Shown: positions 27,266-39,600 of the stretch, one piece after another | Position numbering within the stretch: the first letter of the stretch is position 1 | Layout: every line of letters starts with the position of its first letter | Source of the DNA: a virus | Taxonomy: Duplodnaviria > Caudoviricetes | Direction: 5' to 3' (one strand) | DNA length: 49,490 bases | Virus record (IMG/VR): IMGVR_UViG_3300022666_000217 | Coordinates: 1-49,490 of that record | Position numbers and translations under genes: made by a program | The notes under the pieces: generated by a model | Seen by the model: only the letters and a program-made list of their open reading frames with translations | What the model was told of the DNA's origin: nothing | Databases searched by the model: none

Positions 27266-28683
27266 TGAAAGCCATATCTCTCAAAGAGGTAATAAAAGCT
27301 GGGCTAAGGAAAGAGGTGGGGACACCTACTTCGGAACCTCAGATAGTGGAATGTCAAAACTACAGGGTTGGATTACAGGGATTAGAACCGATCTCCTTCC
27401 CTACGATTCTTGACCCACAACCTGGAGATTCCCCACCTTTTCCTCAGCTTATCTTGGGGCAAGAGATGTCCTTCTTAGCCAGGGAAGATTCTCTCCAGAT
27501 CATAGATCCCTTCGACTGGACCTTAACCCCAGCCTATATCCTAGACTGGGAATCTCGGCTGGCGGATAGTATAGTCGCTGGAGGGCAATGGCACTATGCT
27601 GACCTGGGTAGTAATTTTGTCATGACTAACGGCAATACTCTGGTATTCAAGCAGGCTGTGGAAGTAAGTCATAATTACGACATCATATGGTCAACCGCGG
27701 CTCGCAGTATACGCACTCTCTGTCATCATAGAGGTAGAGTAGTATATGGAGGCTTCGACGTTAATGATGACCAGCACCTCTATACCGGTAAGGGCTCGCA
27801 TTGGTTAGCCTGGTCTAGCATTGGAGGTGGAGACATCTTCGCCCATGTAGTGGCTGGCGTCTTTGATGTAGACATAGATGCTATGCTGAGTACTTCTGGA
27901 GGAGAAGATGTCTTGCTTAGGAACGAGGCAGGAGCCCTACCTTTACCTCAGGCCTGTACTATACATGCAGTCAAGCCGATGGGAGGTCGAGTTATTGTAT
28001 ACACAGATAGAGCAATCTATGCTCTAGTCTTAGCTGCAGCTCCTATGCCCACGTACGGATTGCAAGAGCTGGTCAAGGTAGGGGTGTACTCTCGGGAATC
28101 CGTCGGAGGGGATGAGCAGCAGCAATTCTTTATCGACACTAGCGGGGAACTGTGGACCATCACAGCTGAACAGGTACAAAGACTAGGCTATAAGGAGTTC
28201 TTTAATCCGTGGATACTGAACGGAGATTGGATAACGATATCACTGGATGCCCAGCTAAGAGACTTGTATGTGTCGGGAGAGGCGGGATGCTATATCCTCT
28301 CACCACATGGGCTGAGCTATATGGATCACCCGATATTCTCACTCGCGTACGTCGCGGGAGGGAAGGTGGCGACGGGAGGATCAGCGGGACCTCTGCAGGG
28401 GATTGTGAAGTTGAGGACTAGCTCCAGCAACTTTGGGACAGGACTTAGGAAAACAGTGAGAGGCGCTGAGGTGGATATTAGTAGCGCAGTAACTCATGAG
28501 CTTACTATTGCTGGAGACTATAAGGACTTTTCTTTCTCTGATAGTGAAGACATAGTAAACGGTTGGGCTCCAGTACAGAGATCAGGCATAGAACTGGCAG
28601 TTACTATACAGTCAACGGAATATGCTGATACTTATCTGTCAGATGTCCGTCTATATCTTGATGAGAGGATAACAGTGTTATGA
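27265..28683 (+). CDS. Tail nozzle/stabilisation-like protein 1
   Basis: Propeller-like composition (RVVYGG, WSSIGG); synteny after the adaptor. Confidence 0.6.
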   Translation: MKAISLKEVIKAGLRKEVGTPTSEPQIVECQNYRVGLQGLEPISFPTILDPQPGDSPPFPQLILGQEMSFLAREDSLQIIDPFDWTLTPAYILDWESRLADSIVAGGQWHYADLGSNFVMTNGNTLVFKQAVEVSHNYDIIWSTAARSIRTLCHHRGRVVYGGFDVNDDQHLYTGKGSHWLAWSSIGGGDIFAHVVAGVFDVDIDAMLSTSGGEDVLLRNEAGALPLPQACTIHAVKPMGGRVIVYTDRAIYALVLAAAPMPTYGLQELVKVGVYSRESVGGDEQQQFFIDTSGELWTITAEQVQRLGYKEFFNPWILNGDWITISLDAQLRDLYVSGEAGCYILSPHGLSYMDHPIFSLAYVAGGKVATGGSAGPLQGIVKLRTSSSNFGTGLRKTVRGAEVDISSAVTHELTIAGDYKDFSFSDSEDIVNGWAPVQRSGIELAVTIQSTEYADTYLSDVRLYLDERITVL

Positions 28684-30845
28684 AGGAATATCCTCATGCT
28701 TTTAATGCACAGATAAGCAACGGGCTGGCACTGATCCAAGAAGATAGTAAGCACGTTGAGTACTTGGCAGAGTGTATAGGCTTCCGTCCCTCAGCTTATG
28801 GCCTAGCTCTGCACGAGCCTATTCAGTATATTGCACCTGCGATAATTACAGAGACGACAGGAGAGCCGGGGACGCCGGGAGCACCTTTCGTGTTTCCGCC
28901 TGTCGAACATTCTAATCCTGAGTACTGGTATCTATCTCCTGGTTCCTACTTCGAGGGCACAATACTGGTGGCAGGGGGTCAGACCCTGACTGACTCTGGT
29001 AGAGCTTATGGTAGGTTTATTCAGATAGGAGCTTACATCTACGCTGAGCCTTTAACCGCACAACAACTCACCTACACCTTCTCAGCCACCCCTGTATGGT
29101 GGCATCCTGATCTTAATTTCTCTGTCTCAGTAAAATACTACGACGCCTCAGGCTTTCCTGTCAAGGCGGGGGCTTTTGCGACTAGGAATCTTGTCCCTGG
29201 AGTTCCCTTCTCTAATGTACTGCACTTAACAGTGCCAGCTGGCACGACTATGATATGGCTGGTCTACGAGCTAGGTGAGGTTCCGAATACTTTCGCTGTG
29301 GTCCATGAAGGACCTATTATGTATATCAATCCCTCGTCCTTTATAACTGTCGGGACTGAAGGAAGTGGCACTGAGGATGGGACGCTCATAGCCACTGGTT
29401 TAGATGGTCAGCTATTCGTAGATCCTGAGGATATAGTCTATGGTGTGCTTAAGGACTCAGGAACAGGGGCTCAGAAATTATACTCTGTAACTAATCTAAG
29501 CAGCCTGACTGAAGTACCGACGGTTGATCCAGAGACTGGGGAAGGCAATGCACTGCCACCATTCAGCAGGAAGTTGAACTTCGTCTCTTTGCATAAGATG
29601 TGGTTTGCCTGCAATCAAGAGGGGACGATCTGTAATCCAGGGAGCAAGTTCGCTGCCAGTAATGCAGTACGAGTTAACGCGATATGCCGCTGGAAAGATA
29701 GACTAATCTTCGGTGGTCTTACTCTCAGCGCTGATCATTTAGCCTCGGAATCATGGGAAAAGCTGTGGACCGCCTGGATGACTGTTCGAGGTCCTGGTGA
29801 TGAAGGACTATCTTCTCCAGCTTTCGACGATAGCCATATCTTCTGGACACAAGAAGGTGGCTTGTCGACTGGAACTAATTTAGTGCCTGAGCTAGGAGTT
29901 CTCGGCCTGCTGTCTGCGACGCAGGTTGAATACTTTCTCCCAGCTATCATTGAAGGGATTCGAGCTGGAAGGATGGGATTCCTGCGGATTCGAGATGTAG
30001 GGACAGTCCTTGGCTTAGCCGTAGTGGGGGAACAGATACTTGTCGCAGGGGAAAGAAGTACGGTCCTGCTAAGCCCGGAGGAAGTACCAGGGCTAGAAGT
30101 ATCACTTAGACAAAGGAAGTTCGGTAATACTGGTATAGCAAGTCCACAGGGGATTTATAGTGATAGTGCTGGTGCCCTACTGGTGTCGGAGAACCTAGTA
30201 GTGCATAGGGTAACAGGTGAGGGGGTTGAGCTAGTCGGCCAGTTAACCTTGCCTAGTGAAGACTATGAGTTCATACCAGCTGGTATCTTCCCTGAGTATA
30301 AGTACGGTGGATATTACATTCACGATAATCGGTACTGCTACTATATCGTCGGGGATAAGGCAAGTATGACGGGGTCTATCATATCCTCGGCTATCGTTGC
30401 TCCTACTGGGGACTACCACTATATCCGAAGGTACTGTCCTGCAGTAGTACAGACTGATATAGACGCGGCTCACACCTATTGCCGACTGAAGACTAATAAG
30501 AGTGACTTCGACCTGCCAGCGTTGAAGACACTACGCTGGGTAACTATCGCCTATGCTGGATTCGAGTATGCTCAGGCTAGGCTCCATGTGTGGTATAACC
30601 ACATGCAGAATGCTCCGACTGTTACTCCTTGGATACTGGTTAATAAGGAAGGAGCAACTTACTTTGGAGTCACTGGCCTGTACTTCCAGATCGAGGTTCG
30701 CTATGTGAAAGAGATGAATGGAAGTATACCGGACAGGAAGCATATCGCAACTAGTCTATCTGGCTCATGGCAGCTGTGCGATAATAGATATATCCGAGGA
30801 ATGTACGGCAATGCTGCTCAAATTGCTTCCAACCCAGATCAGTAG
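28680..30845 (+). CDS. Tail nozzle/stabilisation-like protein 2 (paralog with insertion)
   Basis: Shares ECxxxR..GL, RLIFGG and KTLR motifs with the previous gene. Confidence 0.6.
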   Translation: MKEYPHAFNAQISNGLALIQEDSKHVEYLAECIGFRPSAYGLALHEPIQYIAPAIITETTGEPGTPGAPFVFPPVEHSNPEYWYLSPGSYFEGTILVAGGQTLTDSGRAYGRFIQIGAYIYAEPLTAQQLTYTFSATPVWWHPDLNFSVSVKYYDASGFPVKAGAFATRNLVPGVPFSNVLHLTVPAGTTMIWLVYELGEVPNTFAVVHEGPIMYINPSSFITVGTEGSGTEDGTLIATGLDGQLFVDPEDIVYGVLKDSGTGAQKLYSVTNLSSLTEVPTVDPETGEGNALPPFSRKLNFVSLHKMWFACNQEGTICNPGSKFAASNAVRVNAICRWKDRLIFGGLTLSADHLASESWEKLWTAWMTVRGPGDEGLSSPAFDDSHIFWTQEGGLSTGTNLVPELGVLGLLSATQVEYFLPAIIEGIRAGRMGFLRIRDVGTVLGLAVVGEQILVAGERSTVLLSPEEVPGLEVSLRQRKFGNTGIASPQGIYSDSAGALLVSENLVVHRVTGEGVELVGQLTLPSEDYEFIPAGIFPEYKYGGYYIHDNRYCYYIVGDKASMTGSIISSAIVAPTGDYHYIRRYCPAVVQTDIDAAHTYCRLKTNKSDFDLPALKTLRWVTIAYAGFEYAQARLHVWYNHMQNAPTVTPWILVNKEGATYFGVTGLYFQIEVRYVKEMNGSIPDRKHIATSLSGSWQLCDNRYIRGMYGNAAQIASNPDQ

Positions 30846-31260
30846 ATACTGGGACCTGGTTAAGATAGCAGTGCATGGAAGCCTTCCACCTGGAACGATA
30901 ACTCCAGAGCGGGAACACTTCCTACTGCAGAGCCTCATGGAGGGTAAAGGTCAGGTATGGGTAGTGCCAGGAGATAGTACAGGAAGCAGAGTCAGAGCTA
31001 TGCTAATTACCACTGACTACACTGACGATATAACACAGACGAAAGACTTCCTCGTGTATGCGACCTACTCTTTCATCCCAGTACCAGATGAGATATGGAA
31101 GAGGGTGGAGGAGGATCTGCAGAAGATAGCGAAGGCAGCAGGTTGCGACCGAATCGTGGCATTCACTGACGAGCCAAGAGTTATCGAGCTTATGGAGCTC
31201 TTTGGCTATGACAGCTCGTATAGATTCATGGTGAAGGAGATAAATAATGGGGAAAGGTAA
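30811..31260 (+). CDS. Putative GNAT-fold virion assembly protein
   Basis: Start reset to 30811; AKAAGCDRIVAFT...ELFGY; position before the ejection proteins. Confidence 0.5.
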   Translation: MLLKLLPTQISRYWDLVKIAVHGSLPPGTITPEREHFLLQSLMEGKGQVWVVPGDSTGSRVRAMLITTDYTDDITQTKDFLVYATYSFIPVPDEIWKRVEEDLQKIAKAAGCDRIVAFTDEPRVIELMELFGYDSSYRFMVKEINNGER

Positions 31261-32140
31261 GGGTAGATCAGGTGGTGGAGGAAGCTCAGGGAAAGTAGGT
31301 TATCCTGAGTATCTGGAAAGTAGACATAGAGACTGGCTGAATGATATGGACGGATTCTATCGTTCAGCTGTAGCCTCGAATCCTTATGCTAATGCTGAGA
31401 GCTATGATCCTGCTAATGAGGTAGGTCAGATGCAGCAAGCTGCTCTTTCCTTCTCCGACGCTATTCTCGCAACTGAGCCAACAGCTAGTTTCCAGACTTA
31501 CTTCGCCGCGGCTGAGGCTATGGTAGACGGTTGGGCCTCAAGCACGTGTGTGGATAACTTAGCAGCTGCCTACGCCGCGAACCAGGCTCTGCAATTAGCT
31601 CAGGCTAAGGCTCGGTATCACGCAGGAATGGCTGACATCAATGCGGTTATGAGCACTGCTTTCGTAGTGGGTGATGCTATACTGGAGGCTCAGCACCAGA
31701 AGGATCTGGACGCTTTTACCGAGGGCTTGTATGTCAACAAGGAGAAGGATAAGGCCAGCATGATTAACCAAGGTGTGCAGAGTATGTCACAGCTAGGTGC
31801 GGCCAAGATGTCTGCTCTTAAGGACTCGGCTTCTATGCAGATAGAGGCGGCTAGAATCCAGCTGGTTGCTTATAACGATCAGTATAAGGAAGATATTGAG
31901 TACGACGCTAAGGATATCATGTGGGATATAGATGTTCTGCAGGAAGCAATGGGAACCCTGGGAGCTCCGGCTGGAGCTATTCCTGGTGGTGCTGAGAAAG
32001 GGCTGAATGCAAAGAATAGTCCTCTGCAGGGAGCCTTATCTGGAGCCCTCTCAGGAGGCAGCTATGGTGCCATGATTGGAGGCACTCCTGGCGCTATGCT
32101 TGGAGCAGTAGTAGGCGGTATCGGTGGCCTGTTTGGTTAA
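31247..32140 (+). CDS. Internal virion / DNA ejection protein
   Basis: Ala/Gln helical body with a Gly-rich hydrophobic C-terminus (GAMLGAVVGGIGGLFG). Confidence 0.65.
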   Translation: MGKGKGRSGGGGSSGKVGYPEYLESRHRDWLNDMDGFYRSAVASNPYANAESYDPANEVGQMQQAALSFSDAILATEPTASFQTYFAAAEAMVDGWASSTCVDNLAAAYAANQALQLAQAKARYHAGMADINAVMSTAFVVGDAILEAQHQKDLDAFTEGLYVNKEKDKASMINQGVQSMSQLGAAKMSALKDSASMQIEAARIQLVAYNDQYKEDIEYDAKDIMWDIDVLQEAMGTLGAPAGAIPGGAEKGLNAKNSPLQGALSGALSGGSYGAMIGGTPGAMLGAVVGGIGGLFG

Positions 32141-32145
32141 CCAGA

Positions 32146-32162
32146 TGTAAGAAAATCTTACA
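32146..32162. promoter_or_regulatory. Palindromic box 9 TGTAAGAAAATCTTACA
   Basis: 13 nt upstream of the ATG at 32176, followed by GAGGAG. Confidence 0.85.
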
Positions 32163-32175
32163 TGAGGAGATAATA

Positions 32176-33663
32176 ATGTTAGCACCCTGGCAAAGATTAG
32201 CACCTAGTATGCAGGATCAGAGTATGCAGCAGCTGGTACAAGCTCTGCAAGCATGGCAAGCTCTAGCCCCGCCGCAGACTATGCCTCCTACTCTGCCGCA
32301 GACTCTGCCTCAGACCAGGCCTCAGCCTAGGCCTTCAGCTGTAGGAGGCAAGCCGGAGAAACCACAGGTCACGGATACGACACAGCCTGGCTTCTATCAG
32401 AGACCAGCTTTCATGCTATCTCAAGCACCCTTTGCTGGTCCTATGGGAGCTGGAGGCCTCCCCAGTCCTATTGCTCCAATACAGGCAGGGCTAGCTGGCA
32501 GTCCTCTGGTACCACAGTTAGCTCAGTCAGCGCAAGCAGCTCAGGCTCCTATGATGAGCAATCTACAGGGCTTTCAGCAGGCTCTTGGTATGATTGGACA
32601 GATGGGACCTACAGGCGTGGGTCCTGCTCCTGCTGCTCCAAGTAATCAGCAACCAGGTCTAAATAACCTGGGCCTCGCCCAGATCCTCGGATCAGCTGGA
32701 GCGGCTATAGCCGAACCTGGAACTTGGCAATCCAGACTTGGAGCGGCAGGAGCACAGACAGCACAAACCTTGCAGCAGAGGCAGGACTTACTAGCCCAGC
32801 AAGCGAGGCAAGAGCAGATGGATAAGGCACAGCTTGCTAACCAGAATGAGAATCAAAATCTGGCAAAGATGCAGCTGGCCGCGTCCCTGCAGGATAAGCT
32901 CAAGCCCTTTGAGCAGGAGTTGGCGGAGACTGAGCAGCTGGCTTTGGCAAAGAATCCTTGGCTTAAGGTACCGCGTGGTGGTAGCGCTATACCTGTATCG
33001 CCAATGGCTAGTGCTATGACAGGAGGTCAGCCTATACTAGGCCAGCCTGGAGCTGAGTCAAGAGGGGCGTATACATTGTATCAAGGAACCGATGGGCAGG
33101 TGTACAGTGCGGATCAGCTACGCCAGATGGAGCAAGCTGAAATGCCTCTACCTGCTATCGTTAGTAAAGTAGGGACAGCTAGGTCCGGGGCTGATAATAC
33201 TCTGCAGAAAGTAGGTGAAGGACAGGGACTTTGGGATACCACAAAAGATGCGTGGGAACTTCCTCCTGTTCCTAGAACTAGTGCTTCTTCTCGACAGGAA
33301 CCTACTCAGTTTGAACGCAAGAAGGTGTTTATGAGTAATGCTAGAGCTAAAATTAATGACTTTGTAGCTCGGCGGAAAGAAGCTGGCTTGAAGGCCTCAG
33401 GAAATGGAATGACGTTTCAAGTACCCAATGATGCTGAGCTTGATGAATATGTGCAAGATATGTACGACATGGCCGAAGCCCAGTATCTTGACAGCTTAGG
33501 CAAGGGAGAGACTCCTAAGGACTTTGTGCCTATAGGTTTTGATGAGTGGAAACAACTAATGAATGGAGCGGCTGCTAAGGAACAGCAGATGCAGGAATCA
33601 CAGCAATCAAAACCGTCTACTAATAAGTTCAAGAAAGCTTGGAATGACCTGTTTGGAGGATAA
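32176..33663 (+). CDS. Internal virion / DNA ejection protein (Q/P/A-rich)
   Basis: Low-complexity composition and synteny. Confidence 0.6.
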   Translation: MLAPWQRLAPSMQDQSMQQLVQALQAWQALAPPQTMPPTLPQTLPQTRPQPRPSAVGGKPEKPQVTDTTQPGFYQRPAFMLSQAPFAGPMGAGGLPSPIAPIQAGLAGSPLVPQLAQSAQAAQAPMMSNLQGFQQALGMIGQMGPTGVGPAPAAPSNQQPGLNNLGLAQILGSAGAAIAEPGTWQSRLGAAGAQTAQTLQQRQDLLAQQARQEQMDKAQLANQNENQNLAKMQLAASLQDKLKPFEQELAETEQLALAKNPWLKVPRGGSAIPVSPMASAMTGGQPILGQPGAESRGAYTLYQGTDGQVYSADQLRQMEQAEMPLPAIVSKVGTARSGADNTLQKVGEGQGLWDTTKDAWELPPVPRTSASSRQEPTQFERKKVFMSNARAKINDFVARRKEAGLKASGNGMTFQVPNDAELDEYVQDMYDMAEAQYLDSLGKGETPKDFVPIGFDEWKQLMNGAAAKEQQMQESQQSKPSTNKFKKAWNDLFGG

Positions 33664-33665
33664 GA

Positions 33666-36600
33666 ATGTCAGCCTTTCCGACTCCGACTATACCTGTTAG
33701 AAGAAAGCCTTCTCTGGATGACGCTTTCAATCTTGAAGGGTTTCCTCAATTTGATACTGAGGAGCAGAATAAACTTCTTCAGCATGTATTTGAGGTTAAC
33801 GCAGAAGGATTAGAAGGAGCTGAGCGTCAGACACTTGAACAAGAGTTCTGGCGTAGAGTAGAGGCTAGAAGACAGGCCGAGGCTCAAAGTTTTCAGCCGA
33901 CACCAGAACAGCAGGCTAGAGTAGAATCTGCTCGCTTAGGAGCTACTGCTCCACCCCAACCTTTGCCGGGCGTCGGAACTGTAGCTAAGGCAGCAGTCGG
34001 AGAAGCAATTAAGACTGCACCAGCTGCATTAGGAATAGTGGATTATCTTGGCTCAGGGATTGTTAATAGTCCCTATGTCAAGCCATATGCAGCTTTTACT
34101 TCTGTAGTGGATAAGTTACTTCCCGTGCCCCCTGAAGAGCAGGGACTGATTACTGACTTCGCTCGTGGTATAGGCCAGCTAGGAGGCTTTGTGGCCCCTG
34201 GTCGTGCATTAGGAGCTCTCGCTAGCAAGGGACAGCAAGGCTATGAGAAGTTTAAGACTCTGAAGAAAGTTACCGAGCGCTTTGGAAAGTTAACAGGTTC
34301 TGGCCTTGGCTTGGGTCAGCTGGAGAAGGCGGAGCAGGATTATAGGGAAAGAACAGGTGAGGACCCGTCCCTCTTGCAGCATATAGGAGGAGGACTAGGC
34401 TTCAGCCTGGCTAGTCGAGTTGGAACCTGGGGAGACAGATTCCTGACTAATACTATGATGGGACCTGCTGGAAGAACACTTGTCGGGGGCCTGTCTGAAG
34501 CTGGCTCTGAAACGACAGAAAGCGTTCTGCAAAGTGCTACGAATAGACTTGTCCTAGACGACCCTACTACAGTGAAAGAGTCAAGCTCTCAGGCTATAGG
34601 TGAGGGAGTTATGGGCGGTGCTGTTGGTATGGTAGGAGGATTGGTAACTCCGAAGGTTAAGATACCTGGTTTTGTTTCCGACGTGGATACGAATCTAAGC
34701 CAGGAGGAAGTCACTGATAGTCGGGATATAACTCCAAGAATGACAGCTTCGGCTATAGAGAAGTTATCAGAGCAGACTTGTACACAACCCTCTATACCGA
34801 CTACTGGACCTGCTCGGGTTCCTCGATATAAGTTAGACGAGAAAACGTTGCCTTTAGCTTCTTACATGTTGGACCTGAATGGAGAAGTCAGGATTCGAGT
34901 ATCAGGAATCTCTGCAGGGTCAACCAGTCAACCAATTAGTAAAGGAGATAAGGTAACCACATATCGCCAGGCGGCTGTGCTTCGACGGATGCTTCCTTGG
35001 GATAAGGTTGAGGGTTACCTGAACTCAGGTAAGCCAATGACTATGACAGCAGAAGAGTTCTTGACTCTGCCTAATTCTACAGGTCAAGCATCTGATCCTA
35101 CTCAACAAGATGTAGGCTATGATCCTCGGGTTATTAACATAAACTTCGGCTTAACAGAGTTAACTCATACCTTTACAGTTGACCAGAATGGACAAACAAT
35201 ATCTGAGCCTACTCTACCTCTTGCCGAGGGTTCGACTGTTCTTAGCACACAAGGTGGTGGACTTAGTATACACAAACTTACGGCTGATCAGGTAGAGCAA
35301 ATAAGAAACATAGGGACCTTTAGTACACCTCGTGGAGAAAGTTTTCCTCTACCTGCCGAAGTGCTAAGAATGCAGGATATGAAACCAGAGGAGATTCTTA
35401 AGTTAAGTCGAGATTTGCTTGATGTAGGAGTATCTGAAGCAAAATGGTGGTTGAATTTACCAGAGCGGAAGTTAGTCTTTGGCACAGATCGTTACCAACT
35501 CTGGCCAGAGTTCAAACCAGCTGAGTTTATATCTGAATGGTATGTACCGAATCCTGATTATCAAGTTGTCGATCCAAATGAGTACCTTACATCTGGAACA
35601 AGCTCTGACGTTTTTCTTAATCTGCTTAAGAATAAAGGTGACTATCGTAAACCAGGAGATGCAGCTGGTAAGCCTGGGGCACCAAGCATAGCAGTCAATG
35701 ATGCCCTGTATTATGCTACACGGCCTGAAGGTAGGACTATTGATCTAGCGTCCACTGGACCGGTGCAATATGGTTCTCCTTTAACGGCGTTATCTCCATT
35801 GGTATCACTACAAGATCCGATACTAGAACCACATAGAGGACAGCTTGTCTACTATAGAAATCCTGTTACTAGGTCTATTACGTACAGTACTGAACATAAT
35901 CTCACGGCTAATAATCCTAATGAGGCCTTACTTCGAGGAGCTGTGAGTGATATTCATGTGGATAGAAGTAATATACTTACACCTCAGGAGGCTCAGGCTT
36001 ATATTGATACTAAGCTGGCTACTAAAAGGATAGACCCACAAGACTCTGCCTTATTCCTCAATGACCCTACTTTTCGACCTGCACCATATACAACACCTCC
36101 GACTGTAACTGATCTTCAGAATAACCATACTGGTGCTTACTACTTTCGACTTCTTGACGGATCAATTCGAGTTGGTAAGTTTCTCCCTCATATGTATCTT
36201 GGTTCGGCTACTGTAAGTTACCTTCCGAATAAGCAAGAAGGGCTGCAGAAATTAAGTTTGAGCTACGATGAGGAGATAGATCAGTTACTGAAGTCTATCG
36301 TTCCTTTTGACGTAGGAGAGAAAGAATACGCTGCTACGATTCCAGCACAGACTAAGTCAGGAACCTTGTCCAAAGCAGAAAGAGATCAAGTGGAGATAAA
36401 TAGTGCTGTTACTCGTGTGGCTGATATAATACACGATCCTGACTTCGGTTATACTCCACATACTGGGTATGTGACCATGGAGTTGATGAGAGCTCTTCTT
36501 CGAGGCGATGACTCACCACTCTTTGGTAGAACTATAACTGTCTATCGCGGCGAGACTATGAATAAGCGCCCTGGTTTCTTTCGAGCAGGAGGAGGTGGAC

Positions 36601-39600
36601 AAACCTTAGGGGCTGCTATATATACAAGTCTTAGTCCAGAAGGTGCAGTCAACTATGCTGAGACTTCTAGTGGAGGTTTAGCTGAGATAGACGTTACGCT
36701 TCCTAAAGGGGAGGAAATACTCTTTGTTACTGGTGAAGGAATAGACGTCTGGGAAGCCAAGTATCACGGAAATCAACGTCACCATTATTACCACATTGAG
36801 CCTTCTATGATGGTTCCTGGGGACGAGCTATTAGCTGATCTAGTAAATGATGCTATGCAACTGCAGCCAGCTACTTTAGACCAGCCTAATCCACCCTACG
36901 GTTCTGCTCGATATGGAGCCTATTTGTCAAAGAAATTACAAGAGCGTGGGTATAAGGCTATCTTTATGATTCCACAGCCTCAGCTGATTGAACGGACGAA
37001 TGAGGGATCTATTGATCCACCTGTTTATCGTTTTAAGACAGATGTAGATCCACGATTATTATCTGCGTCTAGTCAATTTATTGTCTTTGACAAGAGCTTG
37101 TATGATTACTCAGGTCCCATACTCAAGGCTCCCTTGTTATTTCAGCACGAGCCGGACGTTGAGAAGTTAGACGCAAGTTTCGCTAACCTGGGTATTGTCG
37201 ACACTTTAGGAGTAAAACCGATTCCGACACAGGCTACTCCTATATCGTCCTGGGGTCCTCGCAGTCTTATCTCTCCAATTCCTCTCTCAGGAGTTTCCGA
37301 ACCTATATCTGTTACAGAACCTGATGGGAAGATCAAGGCAGGGGTTAAGAGAATGAGCTCGAAGCTCCTGGATACAAGAGGAGTCGGCTATACAGTTCCT
37401 CAGTGGGAACAGACCTTTATGTTTCCTGAGAGCTACCTTAAAGGGCGGGCAGCTGGAATGCAAAGTGCTGGGATTGAAACCCAGCATATTGGCAATAGCA
37501 GGACGGTCATGGGAGATGTCTTGCTGAAGCAAATTAGGAATAGTGTAAATAAGGCACAGCAGGTGCAGGTTCGTCCGTATATTGAACAAATAGTTAAGGC
37601 AGACGAGGTTAGAAAGAAAGGACAGCGAGAAATAAAAGCAGCTTATAAAGCTGCGAATAAGAAAGGAACCTCCTTTACTATCGAGGATCAGAAGCAGCTG
37701 CAGGCTCTAGTTGAGGCTAAGCAGGCTGAGGTTAGTGCAGAGCTGGCAAAGCTTGATACGTATGATCCTGCTGTGCAATCAGCTGGGAAGCAACTGATTC
37801 GTTACTTTAGAGATATCTGGCACGATAATATGAGGTCAGACCTGCTTACTAAGCACTTTCAGAGCTATTATGGTAAACCTTCGTCTATCTTTACAGAGGT
37901 GATGCAGGAAATAGAGGCTGGGACTGACCCCAGGGATATTACTGAACAGCTGAAACGGAGGCACTCTGACTTCGGTAAGACTCTAAAGAGGCAGAAGGAA
38001 GAGGCAGCTGCTCTTGAAGCCAGGGCTAAAGCACTGCCAAAGAATGATCCGAGGACTGCTGTGGTAAAGGAACAGCTGGCTAATCTTGCTGGGCTGATAA
38101 AGGCTGCTGAGGTGCAGCAAAGTCATATGCGAGCGGCTATTAAAATCACGGCTAATGATCCAGTGGCGTTTATCACTAACCTCGAAGCTGGTAAGTTTGT
38201 ACTGGTGGATGCTAAGACTAAGAAGGTGATAACCAGGGCTGTTACTCGACAAGAGTTCGAGGCGAAGAAGGCCCAGGCCGAGGCCCAGGGATTTACGGTG
38301 GAGGAAGTTATAGACGACGACTACGTCAATCCACTCAAGCCGAGGAAGAATATACTCAAGGGGACGCAGAATATCTTTGATATTATCGAGCAGTATAATG
38401 GCACGATAAATAATAGGATAGCACGCAAACCTTGGGAGGCTGCGTATGAGCAGGAGCAGAGACTATTTCCCCAGTATCAAGATCCCTCGATTAGACAAGT
38501 GCTGGATAATACTAGGCAGCAACTTCTAGGTGGTCCTGCGACCGTAGTTGAGCGTTGGATTAACGATCTGGTGGTTGAAGGAAGCCGACATAGCTGGGGT
38601 CGGGCTCTTATGCTCGATAGGATGAATCCTAGACTAGGTGGCATTGCTATGCAGAAGCTTAGTGGAGCTACTGCTGCTATGAAGCTGGGGTATAAGGTTC
38701 CTCTGGCTATTGTCAACTACGCTATGGGTGAGGCGCATCCTATTACAAAATATGGTGTGGAATATATGGCAAAGGGGAGGAAGTATATTGGCACACCTGA
38801 GGGTGAGCAGTTAGCAGCAGAGAACATGCCTTACCTTGACCCTAACGCAGGCTTTGATGTCTTGAGTATGCTGGGGAAATATGAGGGAAAGGTCACAGAC
38901 CTTCTTAAACCTCTAGGAATGAACAGGAGTGGAGAGTACAAGGTCAGGAGAGATACCTTCTTTGCTGGCTATGCTATGTTCAGAGATATGGGATATAGCA
39001 GGGAAGCTGCTGCAGTTGCTGCAAGAAAAGGTGTACGACTGCAACAAGCCTGTTATCTGTCTTCTGCTTTGCCTCTGATATTGAAGACGAAGGATAGACG
39101 AATTATTGGGCAGTTTACCACTTACATGTTTAATGAAGCTGGTTTCCTCCGAGGCTTGTCTGGTACAGAGTGGAAGACTTATCTGGGCATGATGGTCATG
39201 ATGGGAGGACCACAGGCTTTAGTTACTGCGGCTAGAAGTCTGCCCTTCTTGTCGAATATACTTGGCACGACCTTTGATAACTTTGAAAGCTGGATTCAAG
39301 ATAGAGCTGTGGATGATAGACTGTATAGAGGTCTGCCTGGTTTAGGTGGAGTAGATATGTCAGCAGCTGTAGCCCCAGGATTTAGAGTACCTACTGGAGC
39401 TACTCCTTTAGAGGAGGCTATGGGACCTGGTTATCAGCTCCCCTTCGCCTTGGCTAGAGAGTTCTGGAATATAGGACATGGATACTCTACCTTTAAGGAT
39501 TCAGCGAAAAGAGTAGGAGCTGAGACTATCACTCCAGTAAGAAGCCTCCTTAATTTTGTTGCAGCTATCGATGGATTCTCAGATCCTGATGGTTGGGTGA

